64,000 nt of DNA from contig NC_068991.1 in the NCBI RefSeq assembly GCF_001194135.2, positions 42,271,523-42,335,522 on the forward strand, given 5' to 3'. Below, in pieces: positions 39,001 through 52,500 of the stretch. The position numbers were made by a program, and so were the translations under genes. Position 1 is the stretch's first letter. Every line of letters starts with the position of its first letter. The notes beneath the pieces are model-generated. The model was not told where the DNA came from. It saw only the letters and a program-made list of their open reading frames with translations, and searched no databases. Source of the stretch: Octopus bimaculoides (lineage: Eukaryota).

Positions 39001-39475
39001 NNNNNNNNNNNNNNNNNNNNNNNNNNNNNNNNNNNNNNNNNNNNNNNNNNNNNNNNNNNNNNNNNNNNNNNNNNNNNNNNNNNNNNNNNNNNNNNNNNNN
39101 NNNNNNNNNNNNNNNNNNNNNNNNNNNNNNNNNNNNNNNNNNNNNNNNNNNNNNNNNNNNNNNNNNNNNNNNNNNNNNNNNNNNNNNNNNNNNNNNNNNN
39201 NNNNNNNNNNNNNNNNNNNNNNNNNNNNNNNNNNNNNNNNNNNNNNNNNNNNNNNNNNNNNNNNNNNNNNNNNNNNNNNNNNNNNNNNNNNNNNNNNNNN
39301 NNNNNNNNNNNNNNNNNNNNNNNNNNNNNNNNNNNNNNNNNNNNNNNNNNNNNNNNNNNNNNNNNNNNNAAGCCCTAAAATTCACTCCATAATTGCCCAT
39401 GGGCATATGGCGTAGTGATTAAGAGCGCGGGCTACTAACCCCAAGATTCCGAGTTCGATTCACGGCAGCGACCTG

Positions 39476-39509
<34 letters not shown>

Positions 39510-42500
39510 TAATAATAATATAATAATAGTAACATCGTTAGGAATGAGAACCCAGGTTCGAAATTTCTCCAAGACACCTGACGAAGGCTGGAGGGTATAT
39601 CAGCCGAAACGTTGTGTTAACAGCAAACAAGATGAGGACAAATATCCGTCAAATGTAAATAATGTAAATAATTCCTCATCTCTTAAATATGGAACTATAT
39701 GGTATTTACTTCAGTGCAATGTGATTTTAAATATAATGTAACCCTATATTTTTGTACCTAAGAATCAAAAATATACTTTGTCCTGTTATATAATGTGGCC
39801 TCTGAGTAAACTGATACTTATTGAAAAATTTTTACAAACTAGTATAATACTCAGTAAATTTTAAAACACAAAACATAAAGCAAATACTAAAACCAGCATG
39901 GTTCCTGTTATTACTAATGTTTGCTTAAAAGCTATTGAGGAAAAGCTATAGCACAGGTTAAGAGAAAGATTATTGCTCATAAGTAATCATTTTAAAATCC
40001 AGTAAACTGTTTTTTTCTAATGTCCTGTTGTTCTAAAATAGACAATTTTGTTTATTATTATATCCAGTATGTCATGTCAAAAAATGAGTGTTTTATGTTT
40101 CCAATCTAACTTGCTTCAAAATCATTCTGCTTTTTAGTTTTTATTATAAAACTATGAAAATGCACAATCAGAGGAAAACTTCTGATATAAAGAAGGTTTT
40201 TTTGTAGAATCTCAGACACCACTCACTTGAAAATTTGAAAGATTAACTAACAGCTATTGTTTCCATATTTTGACATTTTCTTTGCATGTAACTTACATCC
40301 AGCATTACTAAAAATAAATTCAACTTTTTTCTCATCTTGCATCTATTCAGCCTATTGTTTCAGCCTGTTCTTGGTAGAGAACCCATTCTCGTCTCATAGA
40401 TAGCTTACAGACTGGCATCTTCTGCAGTTTGGCTTTGGTCTTCTCTATGAGATGGATGTCAGAGGTATGTAGGGGAAAAGGAAGCCTTAGTGATTGGGGG
40501 ACAGAAGTTGACAACATCTGAAAAGATGATGAGAATGATAGCAGATAAGAGTGGAGTGCTAAAGATAAGGTATGGCAGGCCTAAGATAGATGTAGTTCAC
40601 ACGAGAGAAAGAGAAAGTTGGAGATATAAGAAAGGGTGATTAGTAGAAATTAATAGGAAGGGGTGATACTGAGAATGAGGCATGAATTTTAAAAGGAAGT
40701 GGTTTCAGCGGGTGTGGGAGTAAGAAGGACAAAGTATATGCATATTCTGCTCTCATGGTCATAGCATGTGAAAGCACATGGCTCAGTCATTAGAGCGTCG
40801 GGTTCACAGTCATTAGGTAGTGAGTTCAATTCCTGGATTGGGCTGTGTGTTATGTTCTTGAGGAAGACACTTTATGTCATGTTGCTCCAATTCACTCAGC
40901 TGTAGAAATGAGTTGTGATGTCACTGGTGCCAAGCTGTATCAGCCTTTCCCTTGGTTAACATCGGTGGCATGAAGAGGGGAGGCTGGTATGCATGGGCGA
41001 TTGCTGGTCTTCCATAAACAACCTTACCCAAACTTGTGCCTTGGAGGGTAACTTTCTAAGTGCAATCTCATGGTCTTTCATGACTGAAGGGGGTCTTTAC
41101 CCATTACCTTTGGTCTCATAAGATTACAACAGCTGAATAGTGTTCTAATTAGAAGACTAGAGGGATGGGTGTTGAAATGAAAGGTGAGAAAAGTTTGACT
41201 GGGACAGATTGGGTGCAAGTTCTACTGTGTGTATATAGATATACATTTTTAGGACCTCACTTTCATGAAGTTGAATGGGTCTTCTTGAGCACTGCAAATT
41301 GCCAGTCATCTCAGTTCTTTGTCATCCCTTCCATGACACACAAAGAATTTTTACTTTTTTCTTTTCTGCATGTCAAACATGGCCACTTCCCAAATGACAG
41401 TAGGATTTTATATCTTTTCTTACTGGTTAAGACTTTTGTCTTTGCTGAGTTTACTTTTAGATTCCTTGATTCTAGGTTTTGCCTCCACATATGGAACTCT
41501 TCCTCTAATTCTTTGACTGATTCATCTATTGGGACTAGGTGGTCAGCATAGAGAAATTCCTACAGACCACCAACCCTGAACATCTTTTAATTTGGAACCA
41601 TTATTATTATCCTCTTCTTTCAATGTTGCTTCCATTTCTTGCCGGATGTCTTCCCAACACCTAGGGCAAAGAAACTCACTGTATACATTGGTAGGCCATT
41701 AAAATAAAGAGACCAGATTGTTCATTTACAAAGTCATGTGATAGAAAAAAAAGGAGAAGGTCTGGTCTGTATGTGCTGGAAAGTCCCAAAGAATTGTTAC
41801 ACTTTCTCCCTTGGTTACAGTCTCAGGGTGGTGCTTGTACCATTTGTCAGCAGTTTTGATTTCATAATGCTGGCATTAACCAGTGTAGTTATTGGCCAAC
41901 TCTGTCATGGCTTAATTTATACTCTACCAGTGCTAAAACCTTACACTCAGAGATTAGGTGATCCACTGTTTCAATCTCATCATTGCAGTATCGGCACTTT
42001 GGGTTTACTCCATTTTTCATCACATTGGCTTAGTAGTTCCAAGTCAATAAGCTCTGATCTTGAGTAGCTAAAATAAAGCCTTCGCTCTCTGCTTTTAGCG
42101 CTGAGCTCTGTAGCCACTGATGAGTGTATTTCTGTTCTACATCAGCTTGTTTGCTACAGGTCACATATTTGCCATGCAGAGATTTTTGATCCCACCTACC
42201 AGCTAATTGTTCAAGCACTTTTTGCTTTGCCAAATCATTCTGGAATCAACTGTAATTGCCCTCATATGATGAGTTGTGATTTTTTATTTATTTGCTTATC
42301 TGTCATTAGTTCATTAGTCTTGAAACTTGGTAGTTAAGCACATTCCACTAATTAGTACCATGGAGACAGCCTGATTACCACTCTCTGCTATGGATGACAC
42401 TTCCATAAAGGTTTCTTTTAATATGGTTTGGAGAATTACAATAAGAAAGAAGAAACTCAGAATCCAGCCCAGATGGACACCTATGTATATGCCAAATTGT

Positions 42501-45405
42501 TTGCTAAAGTTATTGAAAATATTCACCTTGCAGATATTCCCCTGTACATACCTTGCACTCTGTGTTTTTAATGACCATCAGACTACAGTGCATTGTACTT
42601 TGGACAAAGACTATCTCCAGATCACTAAATGTGAGGTCAAGTGGCTTGTTTTTAGCTTAGAGCTTGCTTATAGTTGTCTCCTTAAGACAGCATCAATAGA
42701 ACTTTATCCTCATACAAGTCCAAACTGCTTCTCAGCTAAAACTTTTCTGAATCAGCTGTGCTAACTCTTTCTTCTATCTTTATCAAGGAGGTTCATCAAT
42801 TTGATACCCTTCTTCCCAACTATCTAGATCAGTTACCTTTACTACAACTGTGAAGCTACATCTCTTCATGATATAGAGGTGTTAATTACCAAAACAAGTT
42901 CTTGCTGTTTACCAGGCAGTGTTTATGGTCTCCAATAGTTTTAGCATATATGCGTCCTTCTATTAAAGTGTAGTCAATAGCAGAGAGTGGTAATGAGGCT
43001 GTCTCCATGGTACTAATTAGTGAAATGTGCTTAGCTACCAAGTATTTAGACTAATGACCTAATGACAGCTAAGTAAATAAAAGAAAAACACAACTTGTCA
43101 TGTGAGGGTAATTACAGTTGATTCCAAAATGGTCTCTTTTTACTTACCATAATAATGATAATCTTTTCTACTAAAGGCAATGGGCCTGGAATTTGTGGGG
43201 AGGGGGATAGTAAATTACATCGACCCCAGTACTCAACTGGTACTTATTTTATTGACCCTGAAAGGATGAAAGGCAAAGTTGACCTCAGCAGAATTTGAAC
43301 TCAGAATGTGAAGACTGATGAAATGCTGCTATTTTGCCCGGTGTGCTGACGATTCTACCAGCTTACCACCTTAATGATAATAATAATAACAATGACAACA
43401 ATAAATGGTTTTGTTGAGTAGAGAGAGAGAGAGTGCATAGTTTTTCCAGGGCTATATTTGGTTATAAATTAAAAGACATATATTCTATCAATACTGTATT
43501 GATATAAATAAAATCAATTGTTTGGCATTCTGTTGTTAAATACATCAGCTGAAAGATGGTCTATGTCATTGACTTTAGGGGTGAGGAAATGTGAGTCATC
43601 ACATTCATAGTTTTTCCAAAAGTATCTGCAGAGTAAGTGAAATATCTTCGAACTAGAATTGAACTTGAATTGCTTTTTTTATAAACTAGTCAGCGGATGA
43701 AGAACAGTGTAGATGATCCCTTTTATTAAAAGAATATCATATGCTGAACAATTTCTTTATGGTTGAAGCCCTGGTTAAATGCTTGCAATGGAGCATACAT
43801 TGCTAACAGTATCTAAGGGCTAAGTTGGGTTGCCTAGAATTTCCTCCTATATTACAGCATTTATCACTGTTAGGAGAAGTAACAATCTTTTTAATACCAA
43901 CTCTCCTTAGTTTTCTTGTTTTAAAATGATTTAAGTCAAAACCTTCCATCAAAATTTAATTGTTAATTTATGTTCCAAACACCAACATAATAACAACAGT
44001 AAAGCTATTTCAATAAATTCTTCGTTATTTGAAACAAAAGCAGTGTATTCTAACAATATGGAAGCAAAAAGTTGATTCAGTTAACATTCAATTTGAATTC
44101 TTGCTCATAAAGGAATAGATGTACCAGGAAGGACTTCCAGAAAAAATGCTTCTGAAAAGATAAAAGCTCAGCGGAATGTTTATTACAGAGTTTTAAAGTT
44201 TTATACATTGTTGGAGCAACAGTTTAGTTTTTGTAATTTGTCACCTTTGAATATTTTACTGGTGTTTGTAAAGGAAGACAGTGAGCTAACAGAATTATTT
44301 GAGCATCAGAAAAATTGCTTTGTAGCACCTATTCGAGCTTTTGCATTCTGGGTTCAAATCCCACTGTGGTCAACTTTGCCTTTCATTTTTCTGGGTTGAT
44401 AAAATAAAGTACTAGTCAAATTCTGGAGTTGATGGTGTCAATTAACCTCTTCCTTTAATATTACTTACCTTGTACCTAAATCAGAAGCAAGAGGAAAGTT
44501 TGTGATTGGAAGGAAAACAAACTAAATGACAGTTAGTTCTACAAGAATGAAGTTGTAATATCAAAGACTGTGTTATATGTTTAATGAGTTGGGGGTGTTG
44601 ATGCCAATCAAGTATGTCATATAGTAACCATTACTTTTCAAATTTTACTCACTTGGCATTTCTTTCAGCTAATTCTAGCATGTTATATTTCAGTGATTTA
44701 CGAATGACCAGGAATAATTTACTGGATCTTCTCACTGATCCTGGCCATGATAAGACAACAATTATCAAAGCATACACTGAATATTTTGCCTTCTTGCAAG
44801 GTCTTTATCAGAACTATGAAGGCCAATCTGAAAACAAGCTGCAAAAAGCTATCTACTTTAAATGGACAAACACACTCAAAGGGAAGATACCCGTGTAAGT
44901 TATTTTTTATTAATTCTGTTTCAATTTTTTCTTGTTTTGTATATATTTCTCTTTCCTTTGAATTATTATTGTTTTTATCATACTCTCATCCTTCACTCTT
45001 GTGACAATAATAAAGTGATCTTTTTTATTGTTATTGTAAGTGTTGCTACTGGTTAAAAGAGCACAGTATTTTAATAGAATTTTAATTTCAGTATAGCTGA
45101 AGCTCTTAGCTTCTGTCATATTTGTGTAATATATCTGAGGTGCTTTAAAATACGTCTTATGCTTCAATGGGTAATGGCAGTTCAGTTAAGGCGGTCTGCT
45201 TCCTAGGCAACTGAATTGAAAATGTTTCTTCCCTTACCATCTAATAATGCATCCCAGAGATAGTTCTTTCTCTTTACAGAGACATATCGTGACCATTGGG
45301 AAGATTCAACATATACACATTCTCAAGAAGAGCAATTTCTCTAACCCAGACAGCTATTGTCCTATTGCTCACACATTCACATATGCATGCATGCACACAC
45401 ACACT

Positions 45406-45442
<37 letters not shown>

Positions 45443-48400
45443 TTACATAAAGTGAGCAGAGCAGCTAGGTAGCAGAAGGAAGAAAGAGAAAGAATCAAAT
45501 ATTTCCTTATAGGCTTTTATATATCAGATTTTTTTTTGTGTGTTGATATATATATATATCAAAATCATGTAGATAAAACTAGTCACACATCCTGGTCCGT
45601 TATTTAACTATGTCCTTTCTCTGTCTCTTTCACCTCTATCAATGAAATTCTTGCTCCTGTGATCTCACCAGCTCTATAACACTTCTGCCTACTGCATTCA
45701 GAAAAACAAGATGGATTTCTTCTGTGAAAAACTCAGCCTTCAACCTGCTAAGAACTGAAGATAAAACCAAAGTTCTAAAATATTCTTTTTAAATGTTGAT
45801 GAACTTCATCCTTGTTACACATCCTTGTCTCTCCATGCAAATTTTCTTCTTAGCTTGATAACCTTTCTATAGTTGGTCCCACAATAACACACCATGAACC
45901 TGTTTTACATTTAATACAACTGCCTTTTCTTTGGGTATTTTTAGTAGAGTTCAGTGTGTTACAAGTATTTGGACCAGTTTTCTTTTTTCTCTGTCATTTA
46001 CCATGTTTTTTTTTCTGTGTACATTAATCTAGTTGTTTAACTGGGTATCAGCTGCATCAATCTTATCAGTTTAGGTGGACCTGCAAAGGACATGGTTGGT
46101 GCCTCTATCCTCCTGACTAACTTAAATTCTCTTTCTCCTATCCCCTTTTTGCTGTATCTCACTGTTCAACCCCTATATTAATCAATTCCCCCAAATTATA
46201 TCTGATGTTAACTTTCTTGCTCATGTTTCCCCACTCCACCTTCACCCAAGCACTAACAATTCTAAGTGAATATTTAGCAACTGCTGAAACCTCAGTTACG
46301 TTTCTGTTTCAGTCAAAGAATGTGTTAAAAGAAAGCCTTCCTCTGTTAGACTATTTAAATTTGTTTAATCCCATGTGCATTAATTCTTGTACCCCCCACC
46401 CCACTACACACACTCACACACACAAGTAAACACATACATATGCTCAAAATAATTGACTTTCATAGTTTACATTGTTTGAATTTTTTCAGAGTACAGAAAG
46501 ATGCAATTTTCGAACATGCTTCAATGGTTGTCAATGTTGCTCTCTGGTTTACCAAACATGCTGCAAAGTTGGCAGCCCGTGATAAGTAAGTCAAACTTTT
46601 GGTGGTGTTATTAACTCCTCTCTCTTTCTTGAATGCTTGAATTATTTAATCCATAGACATACACACACAAAGGGATGGTGTGTGTGTGCATGCATGCTCA
46701 AAGTTACTTCTCTTCATTATTTCCCATTGATAATGGCTAAAGAGCTAGAAACACATCTGGGAATCTGACAGAGGTCAGCACTGGACAGATAAGTGTGTGA
46801 ATCTGAGAGGGGGATATATTGAATAAAATCATAATTAAGTGATCCTCCTGTATTTTCTTTTATCCAAAGTGAGGAATTTTTCAGCACTCCCCCGTACATG
46901 CATATATATATGTGTGTGTATACATACATACACACACACTTTGTAAACCTGAGTCTACTCTCTGTTACACTCATTTTCAGCTATGCTACTGAATAGCAGC
47001 ATACATGATACTGTGGATAGTAACAGAAAGTAATGTCAGTACTATAATAAGTATTTCCTCTCTACTTTTGCACTGACTACTTTTTCCCTCTTGTTTGTAA
47101 ACTCAAAACTCAAATATCCATAAAGTGAATACATGCACAATCACCCCACCCTGTGTGTGTGTGTGTATGAATAATACACACACACACACACACACACACA
47201 CGTGTGTGTGTATGAGTATGTATGTATGTACATGTGTGTGTCTTCATTCTATGTTGCCTTTTTTGTAAATGGCTGAGTGTTTGCTAGCATTAAGAATATC
47301 TGTAAATGTTCTTACTATATCTTAATACTGTACAAACCAAGGTGACATGTAAAAAGCACTGAGGCTGGTGCCACGTAAAAAAGTACTGATGCTGGTGTCA
47401 CATAAAAAGCACTGGTGCTGATGCCACATTAAAATCACTGGTGCTGGTACCATGTTAAAATCACTGGTGCTGGTACAACATTAAAAGCACTGGTGATGGT
47501 GCCACATAAAAAGCACTGGTGATGATGCCACATAAAAAGCACTGGTAATGGTGCCACATGAAAAGCACTGGTGATGGTGTCACTTGAAAAGCACTGGTAA
47601 TGGTGCTACATAAAAAGCACTGGTAATGGTGCCACATAAAATGCACTGGTGATAGTGCCACATAAAAAGCACCTGGTACACTGTAAAGTGGTTGACATTA
47701 GGAAGGGTATCCAGCTGTAGAAACCAAACCAAAAACGACTATGGAACTTAGTGTGGTCCCTGGCCTTATCAGCTCCCATCAAGCTGTCCAACCCATGCCT
47801 GCATGGCAAACAAATGTTAAATGATGATGATTTTTCAGTGAGAACTGAAGTAAGAAAGGTTATAAAGCACTCTTTAAGTGTTTGCAGTCAAAGGTGTTTC
47901 TAAGTAACTAAAGAAATCCCTCACATTAAATCTGCATTTGTTGTGTTTTTTTACTTACCATGTTCTGTCTTGTGCTGCAGCATGGGCATGGACGAAGCAA
48001 AGGAAGTTCATAGATGTCTTCGTATTGCTGCTGGCATGTTTACATATGTGAAGGTAAGTGTTCTTTCAACTGCAAAACTTACAATGGTTGTTGTTTAGCC
48101 TAAGACATGTCCTGATACAGCAGGTCTAGGACCAAAGGCTTTCCAACTGTGACTATCACATCTTAGACATGCTAGTGTCTAGGAGTACAATATCTTATGA
48201 GTGTATTTAAAACAGAATAGGATTTGGGAGAGATTTGATTGCTATTTTTAGCAGGTTGACCAATCACATAGAGATCTCTCGCAATAATTTAACCAAGTGA
48301 AGAAAAAGGACCTGGAATTATATTTTATTCTTGTTTCTTTAATTAATTCATTTTATTTTGGTGATTTTAAGTTAATGTTTAAATTGCAAGGTTATCTTTC

Positions 48401-49463
48401 ATAATAGGTACATTTTTTTGTTAGTTATTCATTTCTTCATTTGTTGGATATAGTTTGCTGATTTCATCTCAGGATGGAGATCATCCCAGTAGTTCAGCAA
48501 AAATAAAAGGAGATTCTTATGATTTTTATTTGACAAGAAGGAAAATATATATTCTGAAGAATAGTTAAAGAATATCAACATGTGACACCTTGGGCAGGTG
48601 TCTTCTACTATAGCCTTGGGCCAACTAAAGCCTTGTGAGTGGATTTGGTAGACAGAAGAAGCCTGTTGTATATATGTGTGTGTGTCTGTACCCCACCACC
48701 ACTTGACAGCTGGTATTGATGTGTTTACATCCCTCTATCTTAGCAGTTCAAGTGAAAAAAGACTGGTAGAAAATGAGGGAGTGCTGAAAAGTTCCTGACT
48801 TTGAATTAAAAAAATACAGGAGGATTAGTTAATTATGATTTTATTAAACATATTCCCCTCTCAGATTCACATACTTATTGTATTCAGTTTTTCTAAGCCC
48901 TGTAAAAGAACTCAGAAGGTTGGGGTTCCAACCAAGCCTTTTGCATTACCCTTAAAGCCAGGAACTTTTCAGCACACCCTTGTAAGTACCAGGCTTTAAA
49001 AAAAAAATCCTAATTACATTTCTATAAAACCAGCTTAAAATTAGCTATCATTAACAAATGTTCCTTATATATTTTATCCCTTCATCTACTGAATAATGAA
49101 CTTTTTTTTTCTTCAAAGAATGACTTGTGTGCAAGACTTGTAGACATTGATAGTGGTACTGATTTGGATGTTCGTGTTCTTGATGCTTTCATTTACCAAT
49201 CTACTGCCGAAGCTCAAGAAGGTAACAAATTCAAATATTTATTTACAAAAGCAAAAGAAAATTGTATATTTTTAAGAGCAACACTCTGAGGTTTATGGTT
49301 CTTGTATCAATCTTAATGTCCTTATTTCAAATTTCCTTCAACTTACTTTTGCATTTGTATATAGGTGTGTGTATGTGTATATATATACACATACACATAC
49401 ATATGTGTGTGTGTATGTGTATGTATAATGTATATTTATATTATAGAATTATACTTTATATTG

Positions 49464-49540
<77 letters not shown>

Positions 49541-52500
49541 GTCTGATCTGTAAGTATCCGGTTTGTTGCCATGGTAAAGAAGCTAAAACATGCAGTCAAG
49601 CCACATGGCACAGAGTGACTTTGAACACTGCTGTGCTTGCACACTAAGTTTTAATATTCTAGCTCACTTCTACTATTTACAGGAGTGTTTGGAAGGAAGG
49701 TGTGTAGTATGTGATCGTCGCATTGACCATGACAGAAAAAGTTGTCATGGTGATACCTGCTCAGAGGCCTATGCAAAGTTGCAGAAAGTGTATAGAGAGG
49801 AGTGTATGAACTGCACACAAGTGTACGAGTGGTTCAGACATTTCCAAGATCGCTGAAAAAATGTCAATATTGACGAACGTTCTGGGAGACCCACAACCAG
49901 CAGAACTGAGAAAAACATCGCAGATGTGCATGCAACTGTGAGGGGAATTTGTTGAATCACCAACTGTGATTTATCAGATGATGTGCAGATTAATTATAGT
50001 TCAGTTCAATTCATTATCACTGAAGATTTAGGTCTGAGATGCGTGTCTGCCAAGTTTGTGCCAAAACTGCTTTCAGCTGACCAAAAAAGACACTCGGGTT
50101 TCAGTTGCGCAAGATCTTGATTGTGCCGAGAAAGATGAAAACTTTTTGAAAACTGATTAGGTATCACCAAGCTTTTGGCAAAATTTGATGCGGATTCTCT
50201 GCTCAACTTCCTCTGTTACAGTTAATGTGACGATCACACTCTACACATCTTCCATCTAAGCACTAACAGTGGAAGTGAGCTAGAATGTTGAAACTTAGTG
50301 ATGTTCAGTCTATGCCAAGTGACTTCACTCTCTGTGTTTGAGCTTCGTTACTATCTCAACAGTCCAGATACTTATTGATCAGACCATGTATATATGTCCA
50401 CTCTGTAAGATGATTGGCATTAGGAAGGACACCCAGCTGTAAATACCTTGCCAAAACAGACAGTGAAATCTGGCGCAGTCCTGTTAAACTGTCCAACCCA
50501 TACCGGCATGGAAAATGGACGTTAAATGATGATGATGATGATGATATCTGTGCAGGTGCGAGTGTGTAGTTGAAGAGTTTGCTTCCCAACCATATAGTCT
50601 TGAATTGTTTGGTACCTTGGGCAAGTGTTTTGTACTATAGCCCCAAACTGATCAAAGTCTTATGAGTGGATTTTGTAGCTGGAAACTGAAAGATGGCTGT
50701 ATACCTGTGTGTGTGTGCATAGCTGTGGATGTCTGTTAGTGCTTTCTTATCTTGACATCACGTGGTTGTTGTAAACAAGTGTTACTGTCATACAAGTAAT
50801 GTCCTTTCTTTCCAGTCATCCATGAAAGTATGTCAGGACAGACAGGAGGAAATCTTATTACTTTTCCTGGGAACAAGTGAGGGTTGGTGAATTTGCCTTA
50901 ATAAATTGCAATGACCTCATGCAAGCATGGGAAATTGGATATATGTATACAAACATACATATATAAACATGCACTACCAACCAAGTTATAATAGTTTTTC
51001 CTGAAGATTGCAATGGCATGAAACTCATGTCACAAGACAAATTCTCTGCTTCAGTTTTTATAAAAAAATCCATATCCTCTACAACTAGTTTTGAGTACAC
51101 CTTTTTCTTTCTTCTGATATTAAACAACATGTGTATGTGTGTGTGTGTGCATATGTATAAATATTATGGTGTTGATGGTAATATATACACATGCATATGT
51201 TTATCATCTTTTTACAGTGACCACAGCACGAGCTATTGAACTTAAACATAGTGCCAGTTTAATTGCTGCATTAACATATGAAACTGCACAGCTCTACACA
51301 AAAGCTGGTATGTATAATTTTCCACATAATTCCGTGTAATTACAGTTAATCCTTATAATTAATTTCTTTTGGTATTTCAGTTATGAGGACGTATGAAAAT
51401 AATATATATTTTTTTTTAGTTTTTATTTTCTTGTTATGATTAACTTACACTTGTTGAAAAATGTTGTCTCAGATGCATGAGACTTCCTTGTATCATAACA
51501 ACATTGAAATGATTTATGGACATTTTCTGAAGATTTCCTTTATTAACTTATTACTAGGCCTGATGTGAGAGCAATTGCAGCTAGAATTTTAATACTCAAC
51601 TGTAACTATAAAACCAACTTTAAGGAAAAAGTAAATGAGGATGATGGCATTCTGAGTTTTAATTCATTACTTGATTATGTTTCATTACTATAGTTTTGTA
51701 AAAGGTGGCAAGCTGGCAGAATCGTTAGCATGCTGGGCAAAATGCTTAGCAGCATTTCATCCATCTTTATGTTCTGAATTTAAATTCCACTGAGGTTGAC
51801 TTTAATTGGTAATACAGTTGCCTAGAAAGTGATTGGTAGGTGGTTTAAGTACCTGGCAGTAGGTCACTTTCTATTTCCTGTTTCAGATTGGTGTTTTTGA
51901 TGTCTAACAGGGTGGTGATAATGATGATGATGCCTTCTTACTACTACTACTTATGCAGCAAATTGGCAGAATCATTAGCATGCCAGGCAAAATGCTTAGC
52001 GACATTTCATCTGGCTTTACATTCTGAGTTCAAATTCCACCAAGATCGACTTTGCCTTTCATCCTATCGCAGTCAATAAATTAAGTACCAGTGAAACACT
52101 GGGGTCAACTTGTCCCCTCCCCCAAAATTTCAGGCCTTGTGCCTTTAGTAGAAAAGATTATTACTACTGCTACTACTACTACTTAGGCAGCAAGTTGGCA
52201 GAATTGTTAGCATGCCAGGCAAAATGCTTAGCAGCATTTCATCTATCATTACGTCCTGAGTTCAAATTCCACCAAAGCAGACTTTATCTTTCATCAGTAA
52301 AATAAGTACTGGTTGAGTACTAGGGTTGATGTAATTGACTTACCCCTCCTTCGAAGTTGCTGGTCTTGTGCCAAAATTTGAAAGCATTATTATTATTAGA
52401 TTGACTACATTTTAAAGCTTTAAGCTACATTCACCTATTGTGAATGTAGCTTTGAGCTGGAGGAATTGATGTCATCAGAGGGTGTCCAATGATTATTGTA

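Larger units (their letters stand above)
38410..39696 (+). mobile_element. 5'-truncated Penelope-like element (PLE) with inverted 5' pLTR, RT C-terminal fragment and 3' pLTR
   Basis: 38571-38901 translates [21 protein letters not shown]...[22 protein letters not shown]...RA....N.YP, the PLE RT thumb signature. 38403-38570 is an inverted copy of 39500-39670. Direct repeat ATATGGTATTTAC at 38397-38409 and 39697-39709 (TSD). N gap at 38902-39369. Confidence 0.88.

Noticed and set aside
38846-39406. Long ORFs in the supplied track spanning N runs (also 11438-11746, 29643-29993, 30542-31039)
   Set aside because: Their length comes from X residues or microsatellites; only 38571-38901 is meaningful (Penelope RT).
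39401-39475. Possible tRNA gene
   Set aside because: A/B boxes are present but the acceptor and anticodon stems pair poorly, and it is followed by (AAT)n and a repeat tail; it is a tRNA-derived repeat head.
47346-47673. CRISPR-like regular repeat
   Set aside because: Contiguous 26-bp units with no unique spacers, no cas genes, eukaryotic context.
49262-49644. ORFs rich in YI, CV, HT, II or DD runs (many across the window)
   Set aside because: These are translations of (AT)n, (GT)n, (AAT)n and (GAT)n microsatellites or SINE bodies.
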